NCBI GenBank assembly: GCA_965230295.1
Contig: OZ246001.1
Span: forward strand, 3,776,001 to 3,840,000
Source of the DNA: Marinicella sp.
Lineage (GTDB): Bacteria > Pseudomonadota > Gammaproteobacteria > Xanthomonadales > Marinicellaceae
Reading direction: 5' to 3'
DNA: 64,000 nt
Part shown: in pieces, positions 29,764-39,400 of the stretch
How positions within the stretch are numbered: the first letter of the stretch is position 1
Layout of the letters: each line of letters begins with the position of its first letter
Translations under genes and position numbers: made by a program
The notes under the pieces: model-generated
The model's input: only the letters and a program-made list of their open reading frames with translations
The model's database searches: none
What the model was told of the DNA's origin: nothing

Positions 29764-31398
29764 ATGAAAAAAAGTAAAAATGTATATGTAATTATATTAT
29801 TGGCAGTATTAGGCCATCAAGCTGCGTTTGCACAGTTTACAAGTGAATTAAATCTGTCAGATCTGAATGGTCAAAATGGCTTGATCATCATTGGTGAAAA
29901 TGGAATTGATTTTTTTTCGGGCTACTCTGTCAGTTCAGCCGGTGATGTTAATGGAGATGATGTTGATGATTTAATTATTGGAGCCTTTGGAGCTGACTTG
30001 GATGGGCTGGAAGGTGCTGGTAAAAGTTATGTGGTCTTTGGTAGTGAGGGCCGTTTGCCCAACCCTATTAATCTGTCTAACCTCAACGGGCAAAATGGTT
30101 TTATGATCAACGGCGAAAACAGGGATGATGCCTCAGGTATTTCCGTCAGCTCAGCTGGTGATGTTAATGGAGATGATGTTGATGATTTGATCATTGGAGC
30201 CTTAAGAGGAAATCCGAATGGCCAGACAAATGCTGGTAAAAGTTATGTGGTTTTTGGGAGCGCCGATGGTTTTTCAAGTCCGTTTAACCTGTTCCTTCTC
30301 AACGGACAGAATGGCTTTATTATCGATGGCGAAAGTGCAGGTGATTTCTCGGGCCATTCAGTCAGTTCTGCCGGTGATGTTAATAATGATGGATTTGACG
30401 ATTTAATTATTGGAGCATTTGGTGCTAATACAGGTGGTCAGCCATTTGCAGGAAAAAGTTATGTGGTCTATGGTAGTGGAAATAGTTTTCCAAATCCTCT
30501 TAACCTGTCTACCCTCAATAGTGAGAACGGGTTTGCTATTAATGGCGAATTTGCAGGTGATGAATCTGGCCGTTCAGTCAGTTCTGCTGGCGATATAAAT
30601 GGTGACGGAGTGGGTGATTTTGTAATTGGAGCCCATCCTGCAGATTTGGGTGGAGATGTAAATGTTGGTAAAAGTTATGTAGTCTTTGGTAGAAACGGCG
30701 GTTTGACCGATCCGTTCAACCTGCTTCAACTCAACGGACGGAATGGCTTTGTCATTAATGGTGAAAATGCAGGTGATAATTCAGGCATCTCGGTTAATTC
30801 AGCCGGTGATATAAATGGTGATGGCATTGATGATTTAATCATCGGTGCTTCTGGTGCAGATCCAAATGGTCAGTCGAATGCTGGAAAAAGCTATGTATTT
30901 TTTGGCATTGAAGATGAGGAAGGGGAGTTGGTTTTCCCCAATCCGCTTAACTTAATTGACATTAACGGACAGAATGGCTTTGTGATTTATGGAGAAAATG
31001 CAGGTGATGAATCAGGTATTTCGGTCAGTTCAGCTGGGGATGTTAATGATGATGGAATTGATGATTTGATTATTGGAGCTAGTAAGGCAAATCCGAATGG
31101 TGCTTTTGGTGCTGGTAAAAGCTATGTGGTTTTTGGTAATTCGACCTGTTTTCCTAGCCCACTTTACTTATCAACCCTCAATGGTAACCATGGTTTCACT
31201 ATTAATGGCGAAAATGAAGGTGATGAATCTGGCATTTCCGTTAGTTCAGCTGGTGATTTTGATAATGATGGAATTGATGATTTGATTATTGGAGCCAGTA
31301 GAGCAGATCTGAAAGGAGCTTTTGGTGCTGGTAAAAGCTATGTGGTTTTTGGTGGCAAGAGCGATATGGTTTTTGCAGATGGTTTTGATTGTAATTAA
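29764..31398 (+). CDS. Secreted FG-GAP 7-repeat protein, DMVFADGFDCN tail
   Basis: Signal peptide AFA-Q, seven FG-GAP repeats. Confidence 0.92.
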   Translation: MKKSKNVYVIILLAVLGHQAAFAQFTSELNLSDLNGQNGLIIIGENGIDFFSGYSVSSAGDVNGDDVDDLIIGAFGADLDGLEGAGKSYVVFGSEGRLPNPINLSNLNGQNGFMINGENRDDASGISVSSAGDVNGDDVDDLIIGALRGNPNGQTNAGKSYVVFGSADGFSSPFNLFLLNGQNGFIIDGESAGDFSGHSVSSAGDVNNDGFDDLIIGAFGANTGGQPFAGKSYVVYGSGNSFPNPLNLSTLNSENGFAINGEFAGDESGRSVSSAGDINGDGVGDFVIGAHPADLGGDVNVGKSYVVFGRNGGLTDPFNLLQLNGRNGFVINGENAGDNSGISVNSAGDINGDGIDDLIIGASGADPNGQSNAGKSYVFFGIEDEEGELVFPNPLNLIDINGQNGFVIYGENAGDESGISVSSAGDVNDDGIDDLIIGASKANPNGAFGAGKSYVVFGNSTCFPSPLYLSTLNGNHGFTINGENEGDESGISVSSAGDFDNDGIDDLIIGASRADLKGAFGAGKSYVVFGGKSDMVFADGFDCN

Positions 31399-31487
31399 TA
31401 ATTAATAGTAAATTAAAAGAGTTTTTACGGTCAGGATACGGTGATCTTTTTATGAAAATTTTTATCTCTGTGGAGTTAATTAAACAT

Positions 31488-33116
31488 ATGAAAAAAACAA
31501 ATATATGTGTGTTCTTATTGTTACTGACAGTATTAAGCCATCAAACTGTGTTCGCGCAATTCCTCAGTGAATTTGAGCTGTCTGAATTGAATAATAAAAA
31601 TGGCTTTATTATCAAAGGTGAAAATGAAGGTGATCTTTCAGGCTTTTCTGTCAGTTCAGCAGGTGATGTCAATGGTGATGGGATTGATGATTTAATTATT
31701 GGGGCTTTCGGCGCAGATCCGGGCGGAGAGTCAAGTGCTGGTAAAAGTTATGTGATCTTTGGGAATAGGAATGGTTTCTCCAATCCGTTGAACCTATCCA
31801 CCCTAAACGGTGAAAACGGGTTTGTGATTAATGGCGAAGATACAGATGATTTTTCCGGCATTTCAATTAGTTCAGCAGGCGATGTCAATGGCGATGAGAT
31901 TGATGATTTAATTATTGGGGCCTCCGGTGCAGACCCAGGTGCTGTATCAAGAGCAGGTAAAAGTTATGTGATTTTTGGTAGTAGGATTAAATTTCCACAT
32001 CCATTTAGCCTTTCTACACTCAATAGTAGAAATGGTTTTGCTATACATGGTCAACATCATAGCGATTTTTCAGGCCGTTCAGTTAATTCTGCAGGTGATT
32101 TCAATGGCGATGGAGTTGATGATTTGATTATTGGAGCCCATGGAGCAAATCCAGGTGTTGGAGCAAATACTGGTAAAAGTTATGTGATTTTTGGCAGCGA
32201 CGAAGAGAATGGTTTGCCTCATCCGTTTGATTTATTTCATATCAATCCACAGAATGGCTTTGTTATTAATGGCGAAGATGCGGGTGATGATTCGGGAATT
32301 TCAGTCAATTCTGCAGGCGATGTCAATGGCGATGGTATCGATGATTTAATCATTGGGGCGGATGGTGCTGATCCAGATGGCAAATTAAATGCTGGTAAAA
32401 GTTATGTGATCTTTGGTAGAACCGAACCGTTGACCAGCCCGTTCAATTTATCTGAACTCAACAGCCAAGACCAAGACGGGTTTGTCATCAAAGGTGAAAA
32501 TGAATTTGATAATTCGGGCGTATCAGTCAGTTCAGCTGGTGATTTCAATGGCGATGGGATCGATGATTTAATTATTGGTGCTAATGGTGCAGGTCTAATT
32601 GGCCAACCCGATATTGGTAAAATTTATGTGATCTTTGGAAGTGATCATGAATTGACGAATCAGTTTAATCTATCTAATGTTAATGGACTAAATGGTTTCG
32701 TTATAAATGGTGAAAATGCAGGAGATAATTCGGGAATTTCAGTCAATTATGCAGGTGATGTTAATGGCGATGGTGTCGATGATTTAATCATTGGGGCAGA
32801 TGGTGCTGATCCAGATGGCAAATCAAATGCTGGTAAAAGTTATGTGGTTTTTGGAAAAAATGGCTGTTTACCCAGTTCACTTAATCTATCAAATCTTGAT
32901 GGTAATAATGGTTTTACTATCAACGGTGAAAATGAAGGTGATAATTCGGGAAATTCAGTCAATTCTGCAGGTGATGTTAATGGTGATGAGATTGATGATT
33001 TGATTATCGGAGCTTATACTGCCGATCCGAATGGTGCTTCTGGTGCTGGTAAAAGCTATGTGGTCTTTGGCAGCAAGAGCGATATTATTTTCGAAAGTGC
33101 GTTTGACTGTAATTAG
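31488..33116 (+). CDS. Secreted FG-GAP 7-repeat protein, DIIFESAFDCN tail
   Basis: ORF track starts at 31452; MKKTN start at 31488 matches paralogues and follows GGAG; seven repeats. Confidence 0.9.
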   Translation: MKKTNICVFLLLLTVLSHQTVFAQFLSEFELSELNNKNGFIIKGENEGDLSGFSVSSAGDVNGDGIDDLIIGAFGADPGGESSAGKSYVIFGNRNGFSNPLNLSTLNGENGFVINGEDTDDFSGISISSAGDVNGDEIDDLIIGASGADPGAVSRAGKSYVIFGSRIKFPHPFSLSTLNSRNGFAIHGQHHSDFSGRSVNSAGDFNGDGVDDLIIGAHGANPGVGANTGKSYVIFGSDEENGLPHPFDLFHINPQNGFVINGEDAGDDSGISVNSAGDVNGDGIDDLIIGADGADPDGKLNAGKSYVIFGRTEPLTSPFNLSELNSQDQDGFVIKGENEFDNSGVSVSSAGDFNGDGIDDLIIGANGAGLIGQPDIGKIYVIFGSDHELTNQFNLSNVNGLNGFVINGENAGDNSGISVNYAGDVNGDGVDDLIIGADGADPDGKSNAGKSYVVFGKNGCLPSSLNLSNLDGNNGFTINGENEGDNSGNSVNSAGDVNGDEIDDLIIGAYTADPNGASGAGKSYVVFGSKSDIIFESAFDCN

Positions 33117-33222
33117 AAATAAATCTATGACTCGAAAGGTTATTAGCTTTTGGGAGTGTGGCGACCTTTTTAGTAAACTCACTACTATGTCACTGTGATT
33201 TTACTATTTATTTTTTTAGCAT

Positions 33223-33540
33223 GTGACAAAAAGAACAAATATAGTTTTTTGTCTTATTATCCATCAAGTAGCTCTTGCTCAGTTTTCCTTTGAATTAGAC
33301 TTGTCTAATTCAAACGGCCAAAATGGTTTCATTATCAATGGCAAAAATGCAGGAGATGAATTGGGTTATTCAGTCAGTTCAGCTGGTGATGTCAATGGAG
33401 ATGGAGTCGATGATTTGATTATTGGTGCCTTTAGTGCCAATCCAAATGATACTTTTGGGGCAGGTAAAAGTTATATAGTCTTTGGCAGCAAGGGCGATAA
33501 AGTTTTTAAAAGCCCGTTTGATGGGTTTGTCTGTCATTAG
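33223..33540 (+). pseudogene. Single-blade FG-GAP minigene (internal deletion), tail DKVFKSPFDGFVCH
   Basis: 5' part nearly identical to 33646 onward (shortened signal peptide), 3' part resembles the last blade of 31488-33116; upstream intergenic 33115-33222 duplicates 33540-33645. Confidence 0.7.
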
Positions 33541-33632
33541 GAATAAATCTTTGACTCAAGAGATTACTAATTTTAAAGAGTACGGTGACCTTTTTAATAA
33601 ACTCCACTATGTCAGTGTGAGTTTACTATTGA

Positions 33633-35045
33633 TTGTTTTTAGTATATGAAAAAAAGAAAAATATAGTTTTTGCCTTATTATCAACTGTGCTGAGTCATCA
33701 AGTAGTTTTTGCTCAGTTTTCCGTTGAATTAGACTTGTCTGATTTAAACGGCCAAAATGGTTTCATTATCAATGGCGAAAATGCAGGAGATGAATTGGGT
33801 TATTCAGTCAGTTCAGCAGGCGATGTCAATGGTGATGGGATTGATGATTTAATTATTGGTGCCAATGGTGCACGTCATAATGGTGAGTCAAGTGCTGGCA
33901 ATAGCTATGTGATATTTGGTAACGAGGGGTTTTTATCTGGTTCATTTAACCTACCCAATCTCAATGGTAAAAATGGATTTGTTATTAATGGACAAAATGG
34001 AGTTGATTTTTCATCGGGTTGGTCAGTCAGTTCAGCTGGCGATGTCAATGGTGATGGTGTTGATGATTTGATTATTGGCGCATCTAATGTAGATCCAAAT
34101 CATCAGTTAAGAACAGGAAAAAGTTATGTGATCTTTGGTAGTTTAGACATTTTCCCGCGCTCTCTTAATTTAGCCACTCTTAATGGTGATAATGGTTTTG
34201 TTATCAATGGCGAAAATAGAGGTGATTATTTGGCTCAATCAGTCAGCTCAGCAGGTGATGTCAACAATGACGGGGTTGATGATTTAATCATTGGAGCCCT
34301 TGGTGCAGATCCGGATGGTCGGTCTAATGCAGGGAAAAGTTATGTGATTTTTGGCAGTGACGAAGAGAATGGATTATCTCATCCGTTTAACCTGATTGAT
34401 ATCAATGGTGAAAACGGATTTGTCATCATTGGCGAGAATGCAGATGATTTTTTGGGTTATTCTGTCAGCTCAGCAGGTGATGTCAACAAAGACGGGATTG
34501 ATGATTTGATCATTGGTGCATATCGTGCAGAATCAGATGCCGGGAAAAGTTATGTTATTTTTGGCAGTGACGAAGAGAATGGCTTACCTCATCCGTTTAA
34601 CCTGATTGACATCAATGGTGAGAATGGTTTTGTTATCAATGGTGAAAATGATGGTGATGAATCGGGCCGTACAGTTAGTTCAGCTGGTGATGTCAATGGT
34701 GATGGGGTCGATGATTTGATTATTGGAGCTTATAAAGCAGATTCAGATGGTCGGCCAAACACAGGTAAAAGTTATGTGGTATATGGCAGTAAAATTGAGT
34801 TTCCTAGCCAGTTAAACCTATCCACCCTCGATGATGAAAATGGCTTCGTGATCAATGGCAAAAAAAATGGTGATGGACTGGGTCGTTCAGTTAGTTCAGC
34901 TGGTGATTTCAATAATGATGGAGTGTCCGATATGATTATTGGGGCACCTAATAATAAATGTGATAATTCAGGTAAGAGTTATGTTATTTTTGGAATGAAT
35001 GACAATAACGAAGTTGTTTTCAGAAATGGGTTTGATTGCATTTAG
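33633..35045 (+). CDS. Secreted FG-GAP protein with 6 repeats, EVVFRNGFDCI tail; paralogue-equivalent ATG (33646) is out of frame
   Basis: Six GD[VF]NxDG repeats; ATG AAA AAA AGA AAA ATA TAG at 33646 is one base short relative to paralogues. Confidence 0.8.
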   Translation: MFLVYEKKKNIVFALLSTVLSHQVVFAQFSVELDLSDLNGQNGFIINGENAGDELGYSVSSAGDVNGDGIDDLIIGANGARHNGESSAGNSYVIFGNEGFLSGSFNLPNLNGKNGFVINGQNGVDFSSGWSVSSAGDVNGDGVDDLIIGASNVDPNHQLRTGKSYVIFGSLDIFPRSLNLATLNGDNGFVINGENRGDYLAQSVSSAGDVNNDGVDDLIIGALGADPDGRSNAGKSYVIFGSDEENGLSHPFNLIDINGENGFVIIGENADDFLGYSVSSAGDVNKDGIDDLIIGAYRAESDAGKSYVIFGSDEENGLPHPFNLIDINGENGFVINGENDGDESGRTVSSAGDVNGDGVDDLIIGAYKADSDGRPNTGKSYVVYGSKIEFPSQLNLSTLDDENGFVINGKKNGDGLGRSVSSAGDFNNDGVSDMIIGAPNNKCDNSGKSYVIFGMNDNNEVVFRNGFDCI

Positions 35046-35136
35046 GTTGAGAATATTCCATTCACAAATTAGTCAGCAAGCAGCCATTTTTCCATTTTTG
35101 AATTAAATCCATTGAAATCAATTATTAAAAAAACCT

Positions 35137-35200
35137 TGCAACAAAACTGATGGCTGCTGCAACGAAGCTTATAGTTGATTTTTGTGTGTAAATGTAAACT
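35137..35200 (+). promoter_or_regulatory. TGCAAC-N15-TGCAAC box with -10 element
   Basis: tgcaac 35137 and 35158; TAAACT at 35195. Confidence 0.75.
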
Positions 35201-35558
35201 TGTCATGTTGCATAGTTTTCTTGATTAACAGATCAATTTATTGTGCATCTTTTGATGGTAAGATTCATGCCGACACCAGGGCTGACTGCTAGTGACATGA
35301 TGCCTAAACTCATCCCTGAGAATCTATCTTTCAAAGTGAAAAAGACGTTTTGACATTACGACAGTTTTAATATCGAATCGATTTTTATAGGGAATGAAAT
35401 CATTATTGATGCCAAGTGTGGGCAAGTTAATAGACACATGGGATGATTAAAAGGAGTGGTGGCGTAAAACACATCGCTATTTTTAAAATCGATACCATTG
35501 AAGTTTGGTTATGTGGTGGTTTTTCTTAATTACAAAAAAGCAAAATGAGGTTTGAGTT

Positions 35559-37154
35559 ATGAAAATAAAGAAAAAAGTAAGTGTAACATTATTGTTGGCT
35601 TTATTGAGCCATCAAATAGCTTTGGCACAATTTCCAGTTGAGCTAGAGTTATCTGATTTGAATGGCCAAAATGGCATTGGCATTAATGGAGAAAAATTTG
35701 GTGATTTTTCAGGCTCTTCAGTCAGTTCTGCTGGTGATTTCAATGACGATGGGATCGATGATTTGATTATTGGGGCCTATAATTCAGGTGCAGGTAAAAG
35801 CTATGTGATCTTTGGAAGTTCTACTGGTTTGAATCTATTTAACTTGGGTTCCCTTAATGGCAAAAATGGTTTTGTGATAAATGGCGAAAGCTATGGCGAT
35901 GATTCAGGTCTTTCGGTCAGTTCAGCCGGTGATTTCAATGGCGACGAAATTGATGATTTGATTATTGGAGCCCCCGATGCGTTTCTAAATGGTGGACGAT
36001 CTGTTGGTAAAAGTTATGTAGTCTTTGGTAGATCGGAAGGTTTGCCCAACTCATTAAATTTGTCCGAGCTCAATGGTGAAAATGGCTTTGTGATCAACGG
36101 CGAAAATGAAAGAGATTTTTTAGGTAGATCAGTCAGTTCGGCTGGTGATTTTAATGGTGATGAAATTGATGATTTAATTATTGGGGCTTTCGGCGCAGAT
36201 CCGGACGGAGAAACAAATGCTGGTAAAAGTTATGTGGTGTTTGGTAGTACGGCAGATTTGCCTCGCACACTTAATTTGTCTACCCTAAATGGAGAAAATG
36301 GTTTTGTTATCAATGGCGAAAACGCAGGTGACCATTTGGGTTATTCAGTCAGTTCAGCTGGAGATTTTAATGGTGATGAAGTTGATGATTTGATTTTAGG
36401 AGCCTATGGTGCAGATCCAGACGGCCAATCATTTGCAGGTAAAAGTTATGTGGTCTTTGGCAGTGACGATGAAAACGGTTTACCAAATTCTTTTAACCTT
36501 TCCTCCCTCAATGGCGAGAATGGTTTTGCAATACATGGCCAAAATCAAGATGATTTTTCGGGTCAATCAGTCAGTCTTGCCGGTGATGTCAATGGCGATG
36601 GGTTAGATGATTTGATTATTGGAGCCTTTAATTCAGGCGCAGGCGCAGGTAAAAGTTATGTGGTCTTTGGCAACACTGAAGGTTTATCCAATCCACTAAA
36701 CTTATCCACCCTCAACGGCGAGACTGGATTCGTTATCAACGGCGAAAATGAGAATGACGGTTCGGGTTATTCAGTCAGTTCAGCCGGTGATGTTAACGGT
36801 GATGGGGTTGATGATTTAATTATCGGCGCAGATTTAGCAGATTCTGATGATGCAATAAATGCTGGTAAAAGTTATGTGGTCTTTGGTAGCACAGAGGGTT
36901 TTCCCAATCCGTTTAACCTCTCCGATCTTGATGGTTTAAATGGTTTTGTTATCAATGGTGAAAATAGGGGGGATCTTTCGGGACATTCAGTCAGTTCAGT
37001 CGGTGATGTTAATGGTGATGAAGTTGATGATTTAATTATTGGAGCATATTTTGCTTGTGACCGTTCGGGTAGGAGTTATGTGGTCTATGGTCAGAATAAC
37101 GATGGGAGTAATAATGGTGACATAATTTTTAAAAATGGATTTGGATGTATGTAG
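35559..37154 (+). CDS. Secreted FG-GAP 7-repeat protein, DIIFKNGFGCM tail
   Basis: Signal peptide ALA-Q, seven repeats, GAGG RBS. Confidence 0.92.
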   Translation: MKIKKKVSVTLLLALLSHQIALAQFPVELELSDLNGQNGIGINGEKFGDFSGSSVSSAGDFNDDGIDDLIIGAYNSGAGKSYVIFGSSTGLNLFNLGSLNGKNGFVINGESYGDDSGLSVSSAGDFNGDEIDDLIIGAPDAFLNGGRSVGKSYVVFGRSEGLPNSLNLSELNGENGFVINGENERDFLGRSVSSAGDFNGDEIDDLIIGAFGADPDGETNAGKSYVVFGSTADLPRTLNLSTLNGENGFVINGENAGDHLGYSVSSAGDFNGDEVDDLILGAYGADPDGQSFAGKSYVVFGSDDENGLPNSFNLSSLNGENGFAIHGQNQDDFSGQSVSLAGDVNGDGLDDLIIGAFNSGAGAGKSYVVFGNTEGLSNPLNLSTLNGETGFVINGENENDGSGYSVSSAGDVNGDGVDDLIIGADLADSDDAINAGKSYVVFGSTEGFPNPFNLSDLDGLNGFVINGENRGDLSGHSVSSVGDVNGDEVDDLIIGAYFACDRSGRSYVVYGQNNDGSNNGDIIFKNGFGCM

Positions 37155-37280
37155 GTACAAGTCATTCAAGAAAGAATTTTTAATTGTGAGGTCTGCGGCG
37201 GTTTTTATAAAGTCTGACATCACTGAAACCTATTTCGTAATTTTTCATTACTTATATGCAAATAACATAAGTCTACATTT

Positions 37281-38879
37281 ATGAAAATAAGAAAAATATT
37301 TATCATTTCTTTAATTTTAGGGTTGAACAACCAAATAGTCTTAGCGCAGTTTCCAGCAGAAATTGAACTAACTGACTTGAACGGTCTAAATGGACTAATT
37401 ATCAATGGCGAAAATACAGGCGATGTTTCAGGTTTCTCTGTAGCTTCAGCAGGCGATGTCAATGGTGATGGGATTGATGATTTAATTATTGGGGCTTTCG
37501 GCGCAGATCAGGGCGGAGAGTCAAGTGCTGGTAAAAGCTATGTGATCTTTGGGAGTAGGAATGGTTTCTCCAATCCGTTGAACCTATCCACCCTCAACGG
37601 TGAAAACGGGTTTGTGATTAATGGCGAAGATACAGATGATTTCTCAGGTATTTCTGTCAGTTTAGCTGGAGATTTTAATGGTGATGAGATTAATGATTTG
37701 ATCATTGGGGCATCTGGTGCAGACCCAGATGCGCAGTCAAGGGCTGGAAAAACTTATATTATATTTGGTAATAGATATTTTCCTAGTTCGCTTCATTTAT
37801 CCGCCCTCAACAGTGAGAATGGGGTTGTCATCAATGGTGAAAATACAAATGATAATGCTGGTAAGTCAGTCAGTTCAGCTGGTGATTTCAATAATGATGG
37901 GATTGGTGATTTGATTATTGGGGCCTATGGTGCAGAAACAATAACAGGTAAAAGTTATGTGGTCCTTGGCAGCACTAGAGGTTTACCCAACAATCCGTTT
38001 GATCTGGCCACTCTCAACGAAGAAAATGGCTTCGTTCTCAATGGTGAAACCATTGGTGATAGCTCAGGAGCACATGTCAGTTCCGCAGGTGATGTCAATG
38101 GTGATGGAATTGATGATTTGATTATTGGGGCCTATACTGCAGATTCAGGTATTATATTTAATGCAGGTAAAAGTTATGTGGTTTTTGGTACTACCGACGA
38201 ATTACCCAGTCCGTTTCACTTGTCCGATCTTGATGGCTTAAATGGTTTTGTCATTCATGGTGAAAATGATAGTGATAATGCTGGTGTTTCAGCCAGTTCA
38301 GCTGGGGATGTTAATGGCGATGGAGTTGATGATTTAATTATTGGAGCTTATAAAGCAGATTCAGATGGTCGACCAAACACAGGTAAAAGTTATGTGGTAT
38401 ATGGCAGTACAACTGCATTTTCTAATCGGTTGAAACTTCGCGACCTAAATGGTGAAAATGGCTTTGTTATCAATGGCGAAAATACAAATGATTTCCTAGG
38501 AGGTTCAGTCAGCTCTGCAGGTGATGTCAATGGTGATGGGTTTAGCGATTTGATCATTGGGGCTACTGGTGCAGATTCAGGTGCGGGTAAAAGCTATGTG
38601 GTTTTTGGGAATTTAACTTCCTGTTTATCGAAGTCACTTAATCTAGACACCCTCAATGGTGAAAATGGATTTGTTATCAATGGTGAAAAAGCGGGAGATA
38701 ACGCAGGTATTTCAGTCAGTTCAGCTGGTGATGTCAATGGGGATGGGATTGACGATTTGATTATTGGAGCTTATAGTGCTGATCACAATAACGAATCAAA
38801 TGCTGGTAAAAGCTATGTAGTCTTTGGAATCAATAACAATGACGATATGATTTTCGAAGATGGGTTTGATTGTATTTAG
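37281..38879 (+). CDS. Secreted FG-GAP 7-repeat protein, DMIFEDGFDCI tail
   Basis: Signal peptide VLA-Q, seven repeats. Confidence 0.92.
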   Translation: MKIRKIFIISLILGLNNQIVLAQFPAEIELTDLNGLNGLIINGENTGDVSGFSVASAGDVNGDGIDDLIIGAFGADQGGESSAGKSYVIFGSRNGFSNPLNLSTLNGENGFVINGEDTDDFSGISVSLAGDFNGDEINDLIIGASGADPDAQSRAGKTYIIFGNRYFPSSLHLSALNSENGVVINGENTNDNAGKSVSSAGDFNNDGIGDLIIGAYGAETITGKSYVVLGSTRGLPNNPFDLATLNEENGFVLNGETIGDSSGAHVSSAGDVNGDGIDDLIIGAYTADSGIIFNAGKSYVVFGTTDELPSPFHLSDLDGLNGFVIHGENDSDNAGVSASSAGDVNGDGVDDLIIGAYKADSDGRPNTGKSYVVYGSTTAFSNRLKLRDLNGENGFVINGENTNDFLGGSVSSAGDVNGDGFSDLIIGATGADSGAGKSYVVFGNLTSCLSKSLNLDTLNGENGFVINGEKAGDNAGISVSSAGDVNGDGIDDLIIGAYSADHNNESNAGKSYVVFGINNNDDMIFEDGFDCI

Positions 38880-38990
38880 GCATAAGTGTAAATTCAAAGT
38901 ATATTCTTCCCTAAAAAATGTCTAACAAATAGTAAATTGATATTTCTCTTTCATAATCAAACCTATTGCAATCAGATATTCAGAAGGCGT

Positions 38991-39055
38991 AGCAACAAAA
39001 TTGATTGATGTTGCAACTAACTTCATAGTTGATTTTTCATGTGTATGTGTAAACT
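38991..39055 (+). promoter_or_regulatory. TGCAAC box with -10 element
   Basis: agcaac 38991 and tgcaac 39012; TAAACT at 39050. Confidence 0.7.
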
Positions 39056-39400
39056 TAATTGACTGTGTTTTAATTTACAGTAATTAGACATGATAAGTTC
39101 ATAGCAAGCAAACGCTTAATGTTTTGATTGTAAAAATGGCGCCTCGTTACATTACAGTTATGCAGCATGCCTAATTTCTGGAAATCTATTAACAGCTAAT
39201 AACTTTGGAATTGCTCAGTCTACAACACGTTTATACTGTTTGGCTTTACTTGCTTACGGAAAAAATGTGTGTCATTTCATGGGATAGAAGCCGGAGAAGA
39301 AGTTGACTAGAGAGTTAGTGATAACAATAAGTGGATTATGAAGTGTTTTATCGCTTTAATTTGAATGTGAATTGGCCGTGTAAATTTAAAACAAAATGAG

